64,000 bases of DNA from contig CBDBDQ010000005.1 in the NCBI GenBank assembly GCA_965203905.1, positions 1,408,001 through 1,472,000 of the forward strand, written 5' to 3'. A model generated the notes under the pieces. It ran no database searches, was not told the origin of the DNA, and saw nothing but the letters and a program-made list of their open reading frames with translations. The position numbers and the translations under genes are program-made. Shown here one piece after another: positions 9,543 through 18,668 of the stretch (within the stretch, counting starts at the first letter, position 1; every line of letters starts with the position of its first letter). The stretch comes from Spirochaetia bacterium (GTDB lineage Bacteria > Spirochaetota > Spirochaetia > SZUA-6 > Bin103).

Positions 9543-10733
9543 TCAGTCTTCCGAAGTCAGCGCCTGCGCGATCGTCGTCGCGTTGTGCCGCATCATGTCG
9601 AGGTAGTTCGGTGCCGGACCGTCCGGGCCGGACAGCGCGCCGGGATAGAGCGTGCCGCCGATGCCGGCTCCCGTCTCATCGGCGATGCGTTCCAGGAGGC
9701 GGGGGTCGGTGATGTTCTCGACGAAGACGGCTCGAATGCCCAGATCGCGTATCTGGTGGATGAGGCGGGCGACATCCTGTGCGGACGCCTCCGATTCGGT
9801 GCTGAGCCCCTGCGGCGCGATGAAGGTCAGCCCGTAATCGCGACCGAAGTACTGGAACGCGTCGTGGGAGGTGACGACGGTCCGGCTGCCCGGGGGAAGC
9901 GTGGCGAGAAGCTTGAGGATTTCCGAGTCGAGGGCCTCGAGTTCGTCGGCATAGGCCTCGCGATTCCGCTCGTACGCGTCGGCATTGCCAGGATCGGCCT
10001 TGGCCAGCGCCGCGGCAATGTTTTCCACGTACACCAAGGCATTGCGGAGGCTCTGCCAGCCATGGGGGTCGAAGGCGCCATGATCATGGTGGTCATCGCC
10101 TTCGTGGTCGTCGTGATCCTCGTCCTCGTCGTGATCCTCGTCCTCGTCGTGATCCTCGTCCTCGTCGTGATCCTCGTCCTCGTCGTGATCCTCGTCCTCG
10201 TCGTGATCCTCGTGATCTTCGTCCTCGTCGTGCTCGTCATGTTCGTCATGCTCGTCGTCTTCGTCATGCTCGTCATGCATGTCGTCTTCGTCATGTTCGT
10301 CATGCATGTCGTCATCGGCGTGTTCGTCAAACGCGATTAGCTCGATGCCGTCGGTCGCCACCACCAGGACGCCGTGGAAGTCCGCAGCCTCGGTCAGCCG
10401 CTCCAGCCAGCCCTCGAATTGCAGCCCGTTGACGAAAAGGATCTGGGCTTCGCTGACGGCCCGCGCATCTGCAGGGGTCGGCTGGTACACGTGCGTGTCG
10501 CCGTCAGGACCGACGAGCGTCGTGAGATCGATATGCTCGCCTCCGATGCGCTGTACCATGTCGCCGAGGATCGAGAACGTGGCGACCACCGGGATCGGTC
10601 CGTGGGCCTGCGACGTGGACCTGGATTCCTTGGCCGGCTGCGCGGCGGCCGGAACGGCGAGCGCCAGAACGAGAATAGCCATGACGGCGTGCAGAAAGAC
10701 TCTGCGGTTGGGTATGAAAACGTTGCGGTGCAT
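9543..10733 (-). CDS. zinc ABC transporter substrate-binding protein (AztC/ZnuA-like) with long His/Asp/Glu loop
   Basis: VVATFSILGD, GPDGDTHVYQPT, DPHGW, VVTSHDAF, STESE; signal peptide. Confidence 0.92.
   Translation of the reverse strand: MHRNVFIPNRRVFLHAVMAILVLALAVPAAAQPAKESRSTSQAHGPIPVVATFSILGDMVQRIGGEHIDLTTLVGPDGDTHVYQPTPADARAVSEAQILFVNGLQFEGWLERLTEAADFHGVLVVATDGIELIAFDEHADDDMHDEHDEDDMHDEHDEDDEHDEHDEHDEDEDHEDHDEDEDHDEDEDHDEDEDHDEDEDHDEDEDHDDHEGDDHHDHGAFDPHGWQSLRNALVYVENIAAALAKADPGNADAYERNREAYADELEALDSEILKLLATLPPGSRTVVTSHDAFQYFGRDYGLTFIAPQGLSTESEASAQDVARLIHQIRDLGIRAVFVENITDPRLLERIADETGAGIGGTLYPGALSGPDGPAPNYLDMMRHNATTIAQALTSED
10111..10212. repeat. 18-bp coding tandem repeat (EDEDHD), 5 full copies plus a partial copy
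   Basis: Unit TCGTGATCCTCGTCCTCG read at 10111, 10129, 10147, 10165 and 10183. Confidence 0.95.
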
Positions 10734-10737
10734 GGGC

Positions 10738-10755
10738 GAAATGTTATAACGTTTC
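10738..10755 (-). promoter_or_regulatory. Zur box overlapping the -10 of a leaderless promoter
   Basis: GAAATGTTATAACGTTTC, one mismatch to the proteobacterial Zur palindrome GAAATGTTATAACATTTC; minus strand reads TTGCCA-17-TAACAT-7-ATG. Confidence 0.88.
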
Positions 10756-10803
10756 ATTAAGCGTGGCAAGAAAATTCGCAACTACTACTCTCTGTCCGGA
10801 CTG

Positions 10804-11709
10804 CTATGCTCGGACCCCCGATGTCCCACCTCCTGCGGGGAGGGGAGCAGGGACACGGCCCCATAAGGCCCGCGCGGCAAGACCGCTGACCGGCCCGAGG
10901 ACCAGCGAGAGCCCGTAGGCGAGACCGGCCACAAGGATGATCGCCGGGCCGGAGGGCAGGCTGAAATAGTAGGAGAGAAGAAGACCGCTCACGCTCGAGA
11001 GCATCGCGATGGCGGTCCCGACCGCGATCAGTGCGCCGATGCTCACGGTCCAGAACCGCGCCGCGGCGGCGGGGAGGATCATGATGCCGACCGCCATCAG
11101 CGTGCCGAGCGCCTGGAACCCGCCCACAAGGTTGAGCACGACGAGGACGAGAAGAGTCAGATGCGCCGTGGCGCTGAGCCCGCTGACCGAACGCAGGAAC
11201 TGCGGGTCCGCGCATTCGAGCACGAGCGGCCGGAACAGCAGCGCGAGCGTGAACAGCGTAACGCTCGCGATGGCGCCGAGCAGGATCAGAGCAGCGTTGT
11301 CGAGCGCCAACACGGTACCGAACAGCACGTGCATCAGGTCGACGTTGCTGCCACGGGTGGACACGATCAGCACGCCGGCCGCCAACGAGATCAGGTAGAA
11401 GGCCGCGAGGCTCGCGTCCTCGCGCAGCGCCGTGGCTCGGGTCACGAAGCCGGAGAGAAGCGCCACGGCCATGCCCGCGATCAGCCCGCCCACGGTCATC
11501 GCCCCGAGGGAGAGGCCCGCGACGAGATAGCCGACGGCCGCACCCGGCAGGATCGCATGGGCCATCGCATCGCCCGTCAGACTCATGCGGCGCAGCATCA
11601 GGAATACCCCGACGGGCGTCGCACCTACCGAGATTGCCAGGCAGCCCATGAGCGCGCGCCGCATGAAGCCGAAATCGGCGAACGGCTGGACCAGCGCCTC
11701 CCAGATCAC
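10804..11709 (-). CDS. zinc ABC transporter permease (AztB/ZnuB-like)
   Basis: LRRMSLTGDAMAHAILPG, LMHVLFG; GTG start overlaps the ATPase stop. Confidence 0.9.
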   Translation of the reverse strand: MIWEALVQPFADFGFMRRALMGCLAISVGATPVGVFLMLRRMSLTGDAMAHAILPGAAVGYLVAGLSLGAMTVGGLIAGMAVALLSGFVTRATALREDASLAAFYLISLAAGVLIVSTRGSNVDLMHVLFGTVLALDNAALILLGAIASVTLFTLALLFRPLVLECADPQFLRSVSGLSATAHLTLLVLVVLNLVGGFQALGTLMAVGIMILPAAAARFWTVSIGALIAVGTAIAMLSSVSGLLLSYYFSLPSGPAIILVAGLAYGLSLVLGPVSGLAARALWGRVPAPLPAGGGTSGVRA

Positions 11710-12449
11710 GCCGCGCTCCGCCCGCAGGTGTGCGGGGGGCCGGCGCAGGCCTCGCACATCTGGCGCGCGCGGAACTGGTTCTCGGCCGTCAGCACCTGCG
11801 CCGTGGGACCGTGGGCGACGAGCTCGCGGGCAAGCATCAGGGTGCGAGGGAAGTGAGCCCGCACCGTGTCGACATCGTGCAACACGGCGAGCACCGTGCG
11901 ACCTTCGCCGTGCCAGCGCCGAACCACGCCGATCAGGTCGGCCATGGTAGTCACGTCAACCGCGGTGAAGGGCTCATCCAGCAGGACCAGCCGTGCGTCC
12001 TGCAGCAAAAGCCGCGCGAAGAGCGCACGCTGTATCTGACCGCCCGACAGCGACCCGATCGGCCGTCTCTCGAACCCTTCGAGCCCGACCGCGGCAATCG
12101 CTTCGGCAACGCGCCTGCGGTGACCGGCCCGCAAGCCGGCAAAGCCGCCGATTTCTCGCCACAGCCCCATTCCCACGAGGTCGGCGACCGCAATCGGGAA
12201 CGACCGGTCGACATCCGATTGCTGCGGCAGGTAGGCGATATCGCTCCGCGTGAGCCCGCCGAACGCGATCCGGCCTTCGAGCGGGCGGAGGGTGCCGACC
12301 ACCCCCTTCAACATCGTGGATTTACCGGCCCCATTGGGCCCGACGATGGCTGTCAGGCTGCCCTCGGCTACTTCGCCGCGCAGGCGATGCACCGCCGGAT
12401 TCCGGTCGTAGCCGAGGCTCAGGTCGTGAAACTTGATGGCGTAGGTCAT
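11706..12449 (-). CDS. zinc ABC transporter ATP-binding protein (AztA/ZnuC-like)
   Basis: GPNGAGKST, LSGGQ, LLDEP, C-terminal CxxC...HxC. Confidence 0.92.
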   Translation of the reverse strand: MTYAIKFHDLSLGYDRNPAVHRLRGEVAEGSLTAIVGPNGAGKSTMLKGVVGTLRPLEGRIAFGGLTRSDIAYLPQQSDVDRSFPIAVADLVGMGLWREIGGFAGLRAGHRRRVAEAIAAVGLEGFERRPIGSLSGGQIQRALFARLLLQDARLVLLDEPFTAVDVTTMADLIGVVRRWHGEGRTVLAVLHDVDTVRAHFPRTLMLARELVAHGPTAQVLTAENQFRARQMCEACAGPPHTCGRSAA

Positions 12450-12580
12450 AGCCCCCCCGGCGGGGACGTGGCCCAGAAGAACGCGCCCCAGAGCGCGGCA
12501 ACGATGATGGCCGCGCCGACCAGCCGGGGCCCGGCGCCGAGCGCCAGCAGCCGAAGCGCACGGTAATGCCGCGTTCTCAT
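12446..12580 (-). CDS. small single-TM membrane protein upstream of the ATPase
   Basis: 44 aa, RLVGAAIIVAALWGAFFWA; ATGA overlap with the ATPase start. Confidence 0.6.
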   Translation of the reverse strand: MRTRHYRALRLLALGAGPRLVGAAIIVAALWGAFFWATSPPGGL

Positions 12581-12655
12581 GCCAGCGCTCCCCATCGCGT
12601 GACGGCGCTCACGTCCAGCCGCCGCGACGGTCCATCCGGACACTGGCTCTCGCGC

Positions 12656-13162
12656 CTACGCCGCACCGGCTTCCACGCACCGTGCGCACCTGCCCTCGAC
12701 CTCGACCGTGCGCCGTGTCGCGACGAACCCGAGGCCGGCGGCATCCTCGTCAAGCAGCCCTCCGATCCGCGGATCCTCAAGCTCGAACGATGTCCGGCAG
12801 CCACCGCAGATGAAGAAAAGGCAATCGTGGGCACGCTCGGGATGGGCGCACGGGACGTAGGCGTTCAGGCTTTCAATCCTGGAGACGAAGCCGTGCGACA
12901 TCAGGAAGCCAAGCGCGCGGTACACGGTCGGCGGTCCGACCGGACGCGAATCTCCGAGCTTGACCGCTTCGATCAACTGGTAGGCGCTCGTCGGCCCGCC
13001 GCTCGCCCACAGCAGCTCCAGGACCCGTCTTCGCAGCTCTGTCATCCGTGCGCCGCGTCTTTCGCAAATCGATACTGCCAGCGCGACCCGTTCGCGCGGT
13101 GAGTGCCGCCCGCGGGAATCCGGATCGGCGCCAGGCCGGGGTCGGGTCAACGGTTTCGGCAT
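12656..13162 (-). CDS. zur: zinc uptake regulator (Fur family)
   Basis: RMTELRRRVL, PPTVYRALGFL, RIESLNAYVPC, ICGGC, EVEGRCARC; Zur box upstream. Confidence 0.9.
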   Translation of the reverse strand: MPKPLTRPRPGADPDSRGRHSPRERVALAVSICERRGARMTELRRRVLELLWASGGPTSAYQLIEAVKLGDSRPVGPPTVYRALGFLMSHGFVSRIESLNAYVPCAHPERAHDCLFFICGGCRTSFELEDPRIGGLLDEDAAGLGFVATRRTVEVEGRCARCVEAGAA

Positions 13163-13166
13163 GGAA

Positions 13167-13184
13167 GCAATGTTATAACGTTTC
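13167..13184 (-). promoter_or_regulatory. Zur box (autoregulation of the zur operon)
   Basis: GCAATGTTATAACGTTTC, 4 nt upstream of the zur ATG. Confidence 0.85.
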
Positions 13185-13280
13185 CGGACCGGCGAAACAA
13201 GCGAGCGAGCCCCACGCAAGCCCCACGCAGCGATCCGGTACGGACGCGGGGAATCGCAGAGCGTCAGGGCGGGCCGTGCC

Positions 13281-13309
13281 TTGACCGCAGGACGGCGGCG
13301 CTACATATT
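13281..13309 (+). promoter_or_regulatory. putative sigma70 promoter
   Basis: TTGACC-17-CATATT, followed by SD AAGGAG and TTG 13345. Confidence 0.5.
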
Positions 13310-13344
13310 TGCGGGCGATACCTCACATCCAAAGGAGCAGAGCC

Positions 13345-15399
13345 TTGAGACTGCACAAATTGCTCGTTGCGGTGCCGCTGGTGGCGGCGCTGCTGGTTCC
13401 CGCGCTGGCGTTCGCCGGCGGCGAGGCGGAGGGCGGCGGCGACGCCGGCGCGGCGGCCGCCATGGAGCGCACCACCTTCGACCACGAGTGGAACGACATC
13501 CGCTTCTACAACCACATCGCCGACTACACCGCGGCCACCGGCAACACCATCACCTCGTTCAGCGAGGCGCCGATGCTGGCCGAGATGGTGGCCGCCGGCG
13601 ACCTGCCGCCGGTAGAGGAGCGCCTGCCCGCCGACCCGTACGTGGTGGTGCCCTACCAGGAGATCGGCCAGTACGGCGGCTACGCCTTCATGGGCCGCGA
13701 CGGCACCGGCCACTGGGGCGAGGCCCACCTGCTGATCGGCATCGAGCAGCTCAACCGCATCGCCGGCGACCTGTCGACCCAGTCTCCCAACGTCGCCACC
13801 GACTACGAGCTGTCGGCCGACGCCAAGGTGCTCACCGTGACCCTGCGCGAGGGCATCAAGTGGTCCACCGGCGAGCCGTTCTCCACCGAGGACATCAAGT
13901 TCTGGTACGAGGACATCATCCTCAACGAGGAGCTCACGCCGAATCCGGCCAGGTTCCTGCAGCCGGGCGGCGAGTTGATGAAGATGAACTTCCTCGACGA
14001 GCTCACCTTCCAGTTCGTGTTCGCCATTGCCAATCCGGTCGCGGTCGAGTGGCTGCCACATCCCAACCGCGGCGTGACGCCGATCAAGCAGGCCAAGCAC
14101 TACTTCAGCCAGTTCCACCCCAACTACGTGGGCGCGGAGAAGGCGGAGGCGCTGGCCAAGGAGGCGGGCTTCGAGAACTGGGTGCAGCACTTCGGCGACA
14201 AGAACAACTCCTGGAGCGAGCTGCCCAAGTTCAACACCGAGCGGCCGCAGCTCACCAACTACCGGCTGGCCGAGATCGGCACCGACCTGGCGCGCTGGGA
14301 GCGCAACCCCTACTACTGGAAGATCGACGTCGAGGGCAACCAGCTTCCCTACATGGACGGCATCAACGTGGAGCTGGTCCAGGACCTGCAGGTGTTCGCC
14401 GGCAAGATCATCGCCGGCGAGTTCACCCTCTCCATCGGCTGGTACGCCCCGTTGAGCGACTACCCGTTGATGAAGCAGAACGAGGAGTCCGCCGACTACA
14501 CGGTCGAGCTGTGGCCCAGCCTGGAGGGCTCGGCGACGCTGTTCCAGGTCAACCGCACGGTCGACGACCCGGTGCTGGCGCCGATCTTCGCCGACAGCCG
14601 CTTCTCGCACGCCCTGTCGCTGTCGCTGGACCGCGACGAGATCAACGAGGTGGTGTTCCAGGGCCTGGGCACGCCGCGGCAGCATACCCTGATCAAGGAG
14701 TCGATCTACTTCGAGCCGCGCTTCGGCGAAGCGTTCCGCGATCGTGACGTGGAGCGCGCCAACCAGATCCTCGACGAGCTGGGGCTGACCTGGGACGCCA
14801 ACCGCGAGTGGCGGCTGCTGTCCGACGGCAAACGCTTCTCGGTGGTCATGGACACCGGCAACGCGGTGCTGCCGATCCACGAGCTGGCGGTGGAGCAGTG
14901 GAAGGAGATCGGCATGGAAGTGACCATGAAGAGCTTCTCCTACCAGCAGAGCGAAGAGCGCTCCAAGACCAACCAGATGCAGCTCTACGGCGGCTCGGCC
15001 GGGTTCAACGCGCGTTCGGAGGCGTTCGTGGCGTCGCCGCTGTTCTTCCTGCCGCAACGCCAGGGCTGGGAGAACCCGTGGGGCAACCAGTGGGCGCTGT
15101 GGTACGTGACCGGCGGTGACAGCGGCATCGAGCCGCCCGCCGAGGTCAAGCGCAACCTGGAGCGCTGGGAGCAGATGACCGCGACCATGGACATCGACGA
15201 GAAGACCCGCCTGGGCAAGGAGATCCTGGCCTCGCAGGCGGACAACCTGTGGGTGATCGGGACCGTGGGCGAGGTGCCCCTGCCGATGCCGCGCGACAAC
15301 AAGCTCCGCAACTTCCCGGAGCGCGGCGGCCACGACTGGTCGATCGGCTCCTGGACCGGCCCCCAGCACCCCTCCCAATTCTACCTGGTGCAGGAGTAG
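13345..15399 (+). CDS. ABC transporter substrate-binding protein, family 5
   Basis: Signal peptide ALAFAGGEAE, FSEAPML..GDLPPVEERLP, LREGIKWS, ERNPYYWK.D..GNQLPY. Confidence 0.92.
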   Translation: MRLHKLLVAVPLVAALLVPALAFAGGEAEGGGDAGAAAAMERTTFDHEWNDIRFYNHIADYTAATGNTITSFSEAPMLAEMVAAGDLPPVEERLPADPYVVVPYQEIGQYGGYAFMGRDGTGHWGEAHLLIGIEQLNRIAGDLSTQSPNVATDYELSADAKVLTVTLREGIKWSTGEPFSTEDIKFWYEDIILNEELTPNPARFLQPGGELMKMNFLDELTFQFVFAIANPVAVEWLPHPNRGVTPIKQAKHYFSQFHPNYVGAEKAEALAKEAGFENWVQHFGDKNNSWSELPKFNTERPQLTNYRLAEIGTDLARWERNPYYWKIDVEGNQLPYMDGINVELVQDLQVFAGKIIAGEFTLSIGWYAPLSDYPLMKQNEESADYTVELWPSLEGSATLFQVNRTVDDPVLAPIFADSRFSHALSLSLDRDEINEVVFQGLGTPRQHTLIKESIYFEPRFGEAFRDRDVERANQILDELGLTWDANREWRLLSDGKRFSVVMDTGNAVLPIHELAVEQWKEIGMEVTMKSFSYQQSEERSKTNQMQLYGGSAGFNARSEAFVASPLFFLPQRQGWENPWGNQWALWYVTGGDSGIEPPAEVKRNLERWEQMTATMDIDEKTRLGKEILASQADNLWVIGTVGEVPLPMPRDNKLRNFPERGGHDWSIGSWTGPQHPSQFYLVQE

Positions 15400-15433
15400 G
15401 GCAGGCGCGGCTGAACGCCGCTTACGCATGACC

Positions 15434-15490
15434 GGCGGCCGCGCGGATCGGGCAGCTCACCTCGAGTTGCCCGGCCGGGTGGCCGTTTTT
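15434..15490 (+). terminator. GC-rich stem-loop with T-tract between SBP and permease
   Basis: GGGCAGCTC-ACCTC-GAGTTGCCC hairpin, then CGGCC-GGGT-GGCCG-TTTTT. Confidence 0.6.
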
Positions 15491-15511
15491 CTGTTACCGT
15501 AAAGAGCCTCC

Positions 15512-16513
15512 ATGGGACAGCTCATTCTGCGCCGCACCCTGTACATGATCGTGTCGCTGTGGGCGATCTCGATCGTGGCGTTCGTGGTGATCCAGCTCCC
15601 GCCGGGCGACTTCGTCGACACCATGATCCTCAGGATCGTGCAGGAAACCGGCGAGGAGATGGAGGAGGAGGAGGTCCTCAACCTCAAGCGGCTGTACGGG
15701 CTGGACAAGCCGATGGTGCCGCGCTACTTCGCCTGGATCGGCAAGATCGTGCTGCGCGGCGACTTCGGGCGCTCGTTCGCGTTCAACAAGCCGACCGCGG
15801 AGCTGCTTGCCGAGCGCGTTCCGCTGACCATGCTGATCTCGTTCCTGACCCTGCTGATCACCTACGTCATCGCGGTGCCGATCGGCATCTACTCCGCCAC
15901 CCACCAGTACTCGTGGGCCGATCACGTCTTCAGTGGGGTCGGATTCATGGGGCTGGCGACCCCCAACTTCGCGCTGGCGCTGGTGCTGATGTGGCTCGGC
16001 TTCCGCTACTTCGACATCTCCATCGGCGGGCTGTTCTCGACCGAGTACCGACTGGCGCCGTGGTCCTGGGCCAAGCTGTGGGACGCCATCAAGCACCTGC
16101 CGGTGCCGCTGCTGGTGATCGGGACCGCCGGCACCGCCGGGCTGATCCGGGTGATGCGCGGCACGCTGCTGGACGAGTTGGGCAAGCAGTACGTCATAAC
16201 GGCGCGCGCCAAGGGGGTGGACGAGCGGCGGCTGCTGTTCCGCTACCCGGTGCGCATCGCCATCAACCCGCTCATCAGCACGGTGGGCTGGCTGCTGCCG
16301 GCGATCGTGTCGGGCGAGGCGATCACCGCCATCGTGCTCAACCTGCCCACCACCGGGCCGATGTTGCTGCGCGCGCTGTTGTTCCAGGACACCTTCCTGG
16401 CCGGCAGCACCGTGCTGTTCCTGGGCGCCCTCACCGTGTTCGGCACCTTTCTCTCCGACCTGGCGCTGGTGTGGGTGGATCCGCGCATCCGCTTCGAGCG
16501 GGCGGCGGCATGA
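15512..16513 (+). CDS. ABC permease (DppB/OppB family)
   Basis: LPPGD, GDFGRS, YVITARAKG, DPRIR. Confidence 0.93.
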   Translation: MGQLILRRTLYMIVSLWAISIVAFVVIQLPPGDFVDTMILRIVQETGEEMEEEEVLNLKRLYGLDKPMVPRYFAWIGKIVLRGDFGRSFAFNKPTAELLAERVPLTMLISFLTLLITYVIAVPIGIYSATHQYSWADHVFSGVGFMGLATPNFALALVLMWLGFRYFDISIGGLFSTEYRLAPWSWAKLWDAIKHLPVPLLVIGTAGTAGLIRVMRGTLLDELGKQYVITARAKGVDERRLLFRYPVRIAINPLISTVGWLLPAIVSGEAITAIVLNLPTTGPMLLRALLFQDTFLAGSTVLFLGALTVFGTFLSDLALVWVDPRIRFERAAA

Positions 16514-17709
16514 GCAGGCGCGGTCGCGCCGCAACGCCGCCGGCCTCGGCGACCGGTGGCGCCCACGGGGCCGGCGGCCCGGTATCCGGCGCCGTCCCCA
16601 CCGCCATCGCAGCCCGCGAGAGCGCAGCCGACGAGCGCTACTACGTCGCCTCGCAGTGGCAGTTGATGTGGCGCAAGTTCCGCCGCCACCGCATGGCCCT
16701 GGTGGGCGGCGGGGTGCTGCTGTTCCTGTACCTCACCACCGGCGTGGCGGGCTTTCTGAGCCCGTACGAGAAGGCCTCCCGCGATGCCGACTACCTGCTC
16801 GCGCCGCCGCAGCGGGTGCGCCTGTTCCACGACGGCCGGCTGCTCGGACCATTCGTCTACTCGCTGGAGCGCACCCGCGACCCGGAGACCCTGCAGCGCA
16901 TCTACACCGAGAACACCGGCGACCCGCACCGCATCCGCTTGTTCGTGCGCACCGACCGCTACAAGTTCCTGGGCTTCATCCGCACCGACCTGCACCTGTT
17001 CGGGGTGCTGCCCCCGGCCACCCTGTACCTGTTCGGCACCGACGAGCTGGGCCGCGACATGTTCTCGCGCGTGCTCTACGCCGGGCGGGTGTCGCTGTCG
17101 GTGGGGCTGCTCGGGGTCGCCATCAGCTTCCTGCTGGGGGTGGTGATCGGCGGCGTCTCCGGCTACGTGGGCGGTGCGGTGGACACCGTGATCCAGCGCA
17201 TCATCGAGTTCCTGATCAGCATTCCCACCCTGCCGCTGTGGATGGGCCTGACCGCGGCGCTGCCGCCCCAGTGGCCGGCGCTGCGGGTGTACTTCGGCAT
17301 CACCATCATCCTGTCGATCCTGGGCTGGACCGGCCTGGCGCGGGTGGTGCGCGGCAAGCTGCTGGAGCTGCGCAGCGGCGACTTCGTGGTCGCGGCGCTG
17401 GTCAGCGGCGCCACCGGCGGCGCCGTGATCCGCCGCCACCTGCTGCCGTCGTTCCTGAGCTACCTGATCGTGCACCTCACCCTGGCGGTGCCCAACATGA
17501 TCCTGGGCGAGACCGCGCTCAGCTTCATCGGCCTCGGCCTCAAGGCGCCGGTGGTGAGCTGGGGCGTGCTCCTCACCAGCGCCCAGAACTTCCGCACCGT
17601 CGCCTTGAGCCCCTGGCTGCTGATCCCGGTGCTGTTCGTGGTCGTCACCGTGATGACCTTCATGTTCCTCGGCGACGGCCTCCGCGACGCCGCCGACCCC
17701 TACAAGTAA
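16510..17709 (+). CDS. ABC permease (DppC/OppC family)
   Basis: ASQWQLMWRKFRRH, FGTDELGRD, ETALSFIGLG, LGDGLRDAADP; ATGA overlap. Confidence 0.93.
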   Translation: MSRRGRAATPPASATGGAHGAGGPVSGAVPTAIAARESAADERYYVASQWQLMWRKFRRHRMALVGGGVLLFLYLTTGVAGFLSPYEKASRDADYLLAPPQRVRLFHDGRLLGPFVYSLERTRDPETLQRIYTENTGDPHRIRLFVRTDRYKFLGFIRTDLHLFGVLPPATLYLFGTDELGRDMFSRVLYAGRVSLSVGLLGVAISFLLGVVIGGVSGYVGGAVDTVIQRIIEFLISIPTLPLWMGLTAALPPQWPALRVYFGITIILSILGWTGLARVVRGKLLELRSGDFVVAALVSGATGGAVIRRHLLPSFLSYLIVHLTLAVPNMILGETALSFIGLGLKAPVVSWGVLLTSAQNFRTVALSPWLLIPVLFVVVTVMTFMFLGDGLRDAADPYK

Positions 17710-17751
17710 CAAACCTGTTCCCGATGAAATTCACCAGAGGAGAGGACATTC

Positions 17752-18316
17752 ATGAGAATTGCAAACGTGGCGCCATCGGGACCTGGGGCGATCAAAGTTG
17801 CTCTTCTGCGGACTGCCAGGTGATAAGGAGAAGAAGTCAGACTTCCTCACCGTGGACATCGGCGGTCTCTGGGTCTCTTCGGTCTATGTCCCATACAACC
17901 CGAAAGGAAGGATCACATGGATAGACCGCTTGCGGGCGCACGTCCACAGCGAGGGTTACCAGTGCGTGGACAGTGTGCTGTGCGGCGACTTCAACGTCAA
18001 ATTCGCGGCCGATGGCCCACGTGGGTCGGGCTACACGCAAGCACACGAACATGCACTGAAGGAGCTGATGAACCGGGGCTTTTGCGATCTGTACCGCACC
18101 GCGCATCCCAACCCCAGGAAGTGTCCGGGTCACACTTGTAACTTCAGCGAGGAATGTCCCAGGCGCGGTTCCCGACTCCACTTGGCTCTCGGCAGCAAGA
18201 GCTTAGCGAAGCGTCCGCTGTGTGCATGGCTGGACGTTGACTCAAGGCCCCGGAACGACGCTCCGCCCCTCGTCATCGAGTTGGACCGGCGTCAGCCTGT
18301 GAGAGGACACGGGTAG
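17752..18316 (+). pseudogene. degenerate exodeoxyribonuclease III/EEP-family gene
   Basis: ATG AGA ATT GCA A ACG TGG = MRIA(+1)TW; later SVYVP, LCGDFNV, DLYR; catalytic RIDY/SDH replaced by RLHL/NDAP; N-terminal part shortened. Confidence 0.7.
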
Positions 18317-18378
18317 ACGTCGGGGCACGCGCCCAGTCGGCTGTGTCGGGCGTACGGTTACTCTTGCGCCAACTAGGT

Positions 18379-18398
18379 TAGATCGCTCCACCACGAGG
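18379..18398 (+). repeat. exact 20-bp direct repeat, copy 1
   Basis: TAGATCGCTCCACCACGAGG, identical at 21987-22006. Confidence 0.9.
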
Positions 18399-18545
18399 TG
18401 AGCTCGTGCGTCCTGCTCACGAACCGGCTAGAACTTCCGCCACCGTGGACTTGAACCGCTGGCTGCTGATCCCGGTGTCGTGGTAGCCACGGTGATGACG
18501 GCCATGTTCCTCGGCGCGGCCTGCGCGGTGCCGCCGACCCCTACA
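18398..18545 (+). pseudogene. degenerate copy of the 3' end of the DppC-like permease
   Basis: Aligns with 17554-17704 (gtgagct...agaacttccgc...tggctgctgatcccggtg...catgttcctcggcg...gccgccgacccctaca) with small indels. Confidence 0.88.
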
Positions 18546-18668
18546 CGCAGCCCGCCGGTCTCAAACAACGGAGTCGGGGTTGATGCGACGTGAAGCTATT
18601 ACCATGATATGGGGACGAGTCCAAATTGGCGTGCGCTTTGGATGGCGCGCAATGGAGGAGATGATGAA

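Noticed and set aside
10081-10330. Regular repeats that could be taken for a CRISPR array
   Set aside because: Contiguous 18-bp units without spacers, in frame within the zinc SBP His/Asp loop; no cas genes
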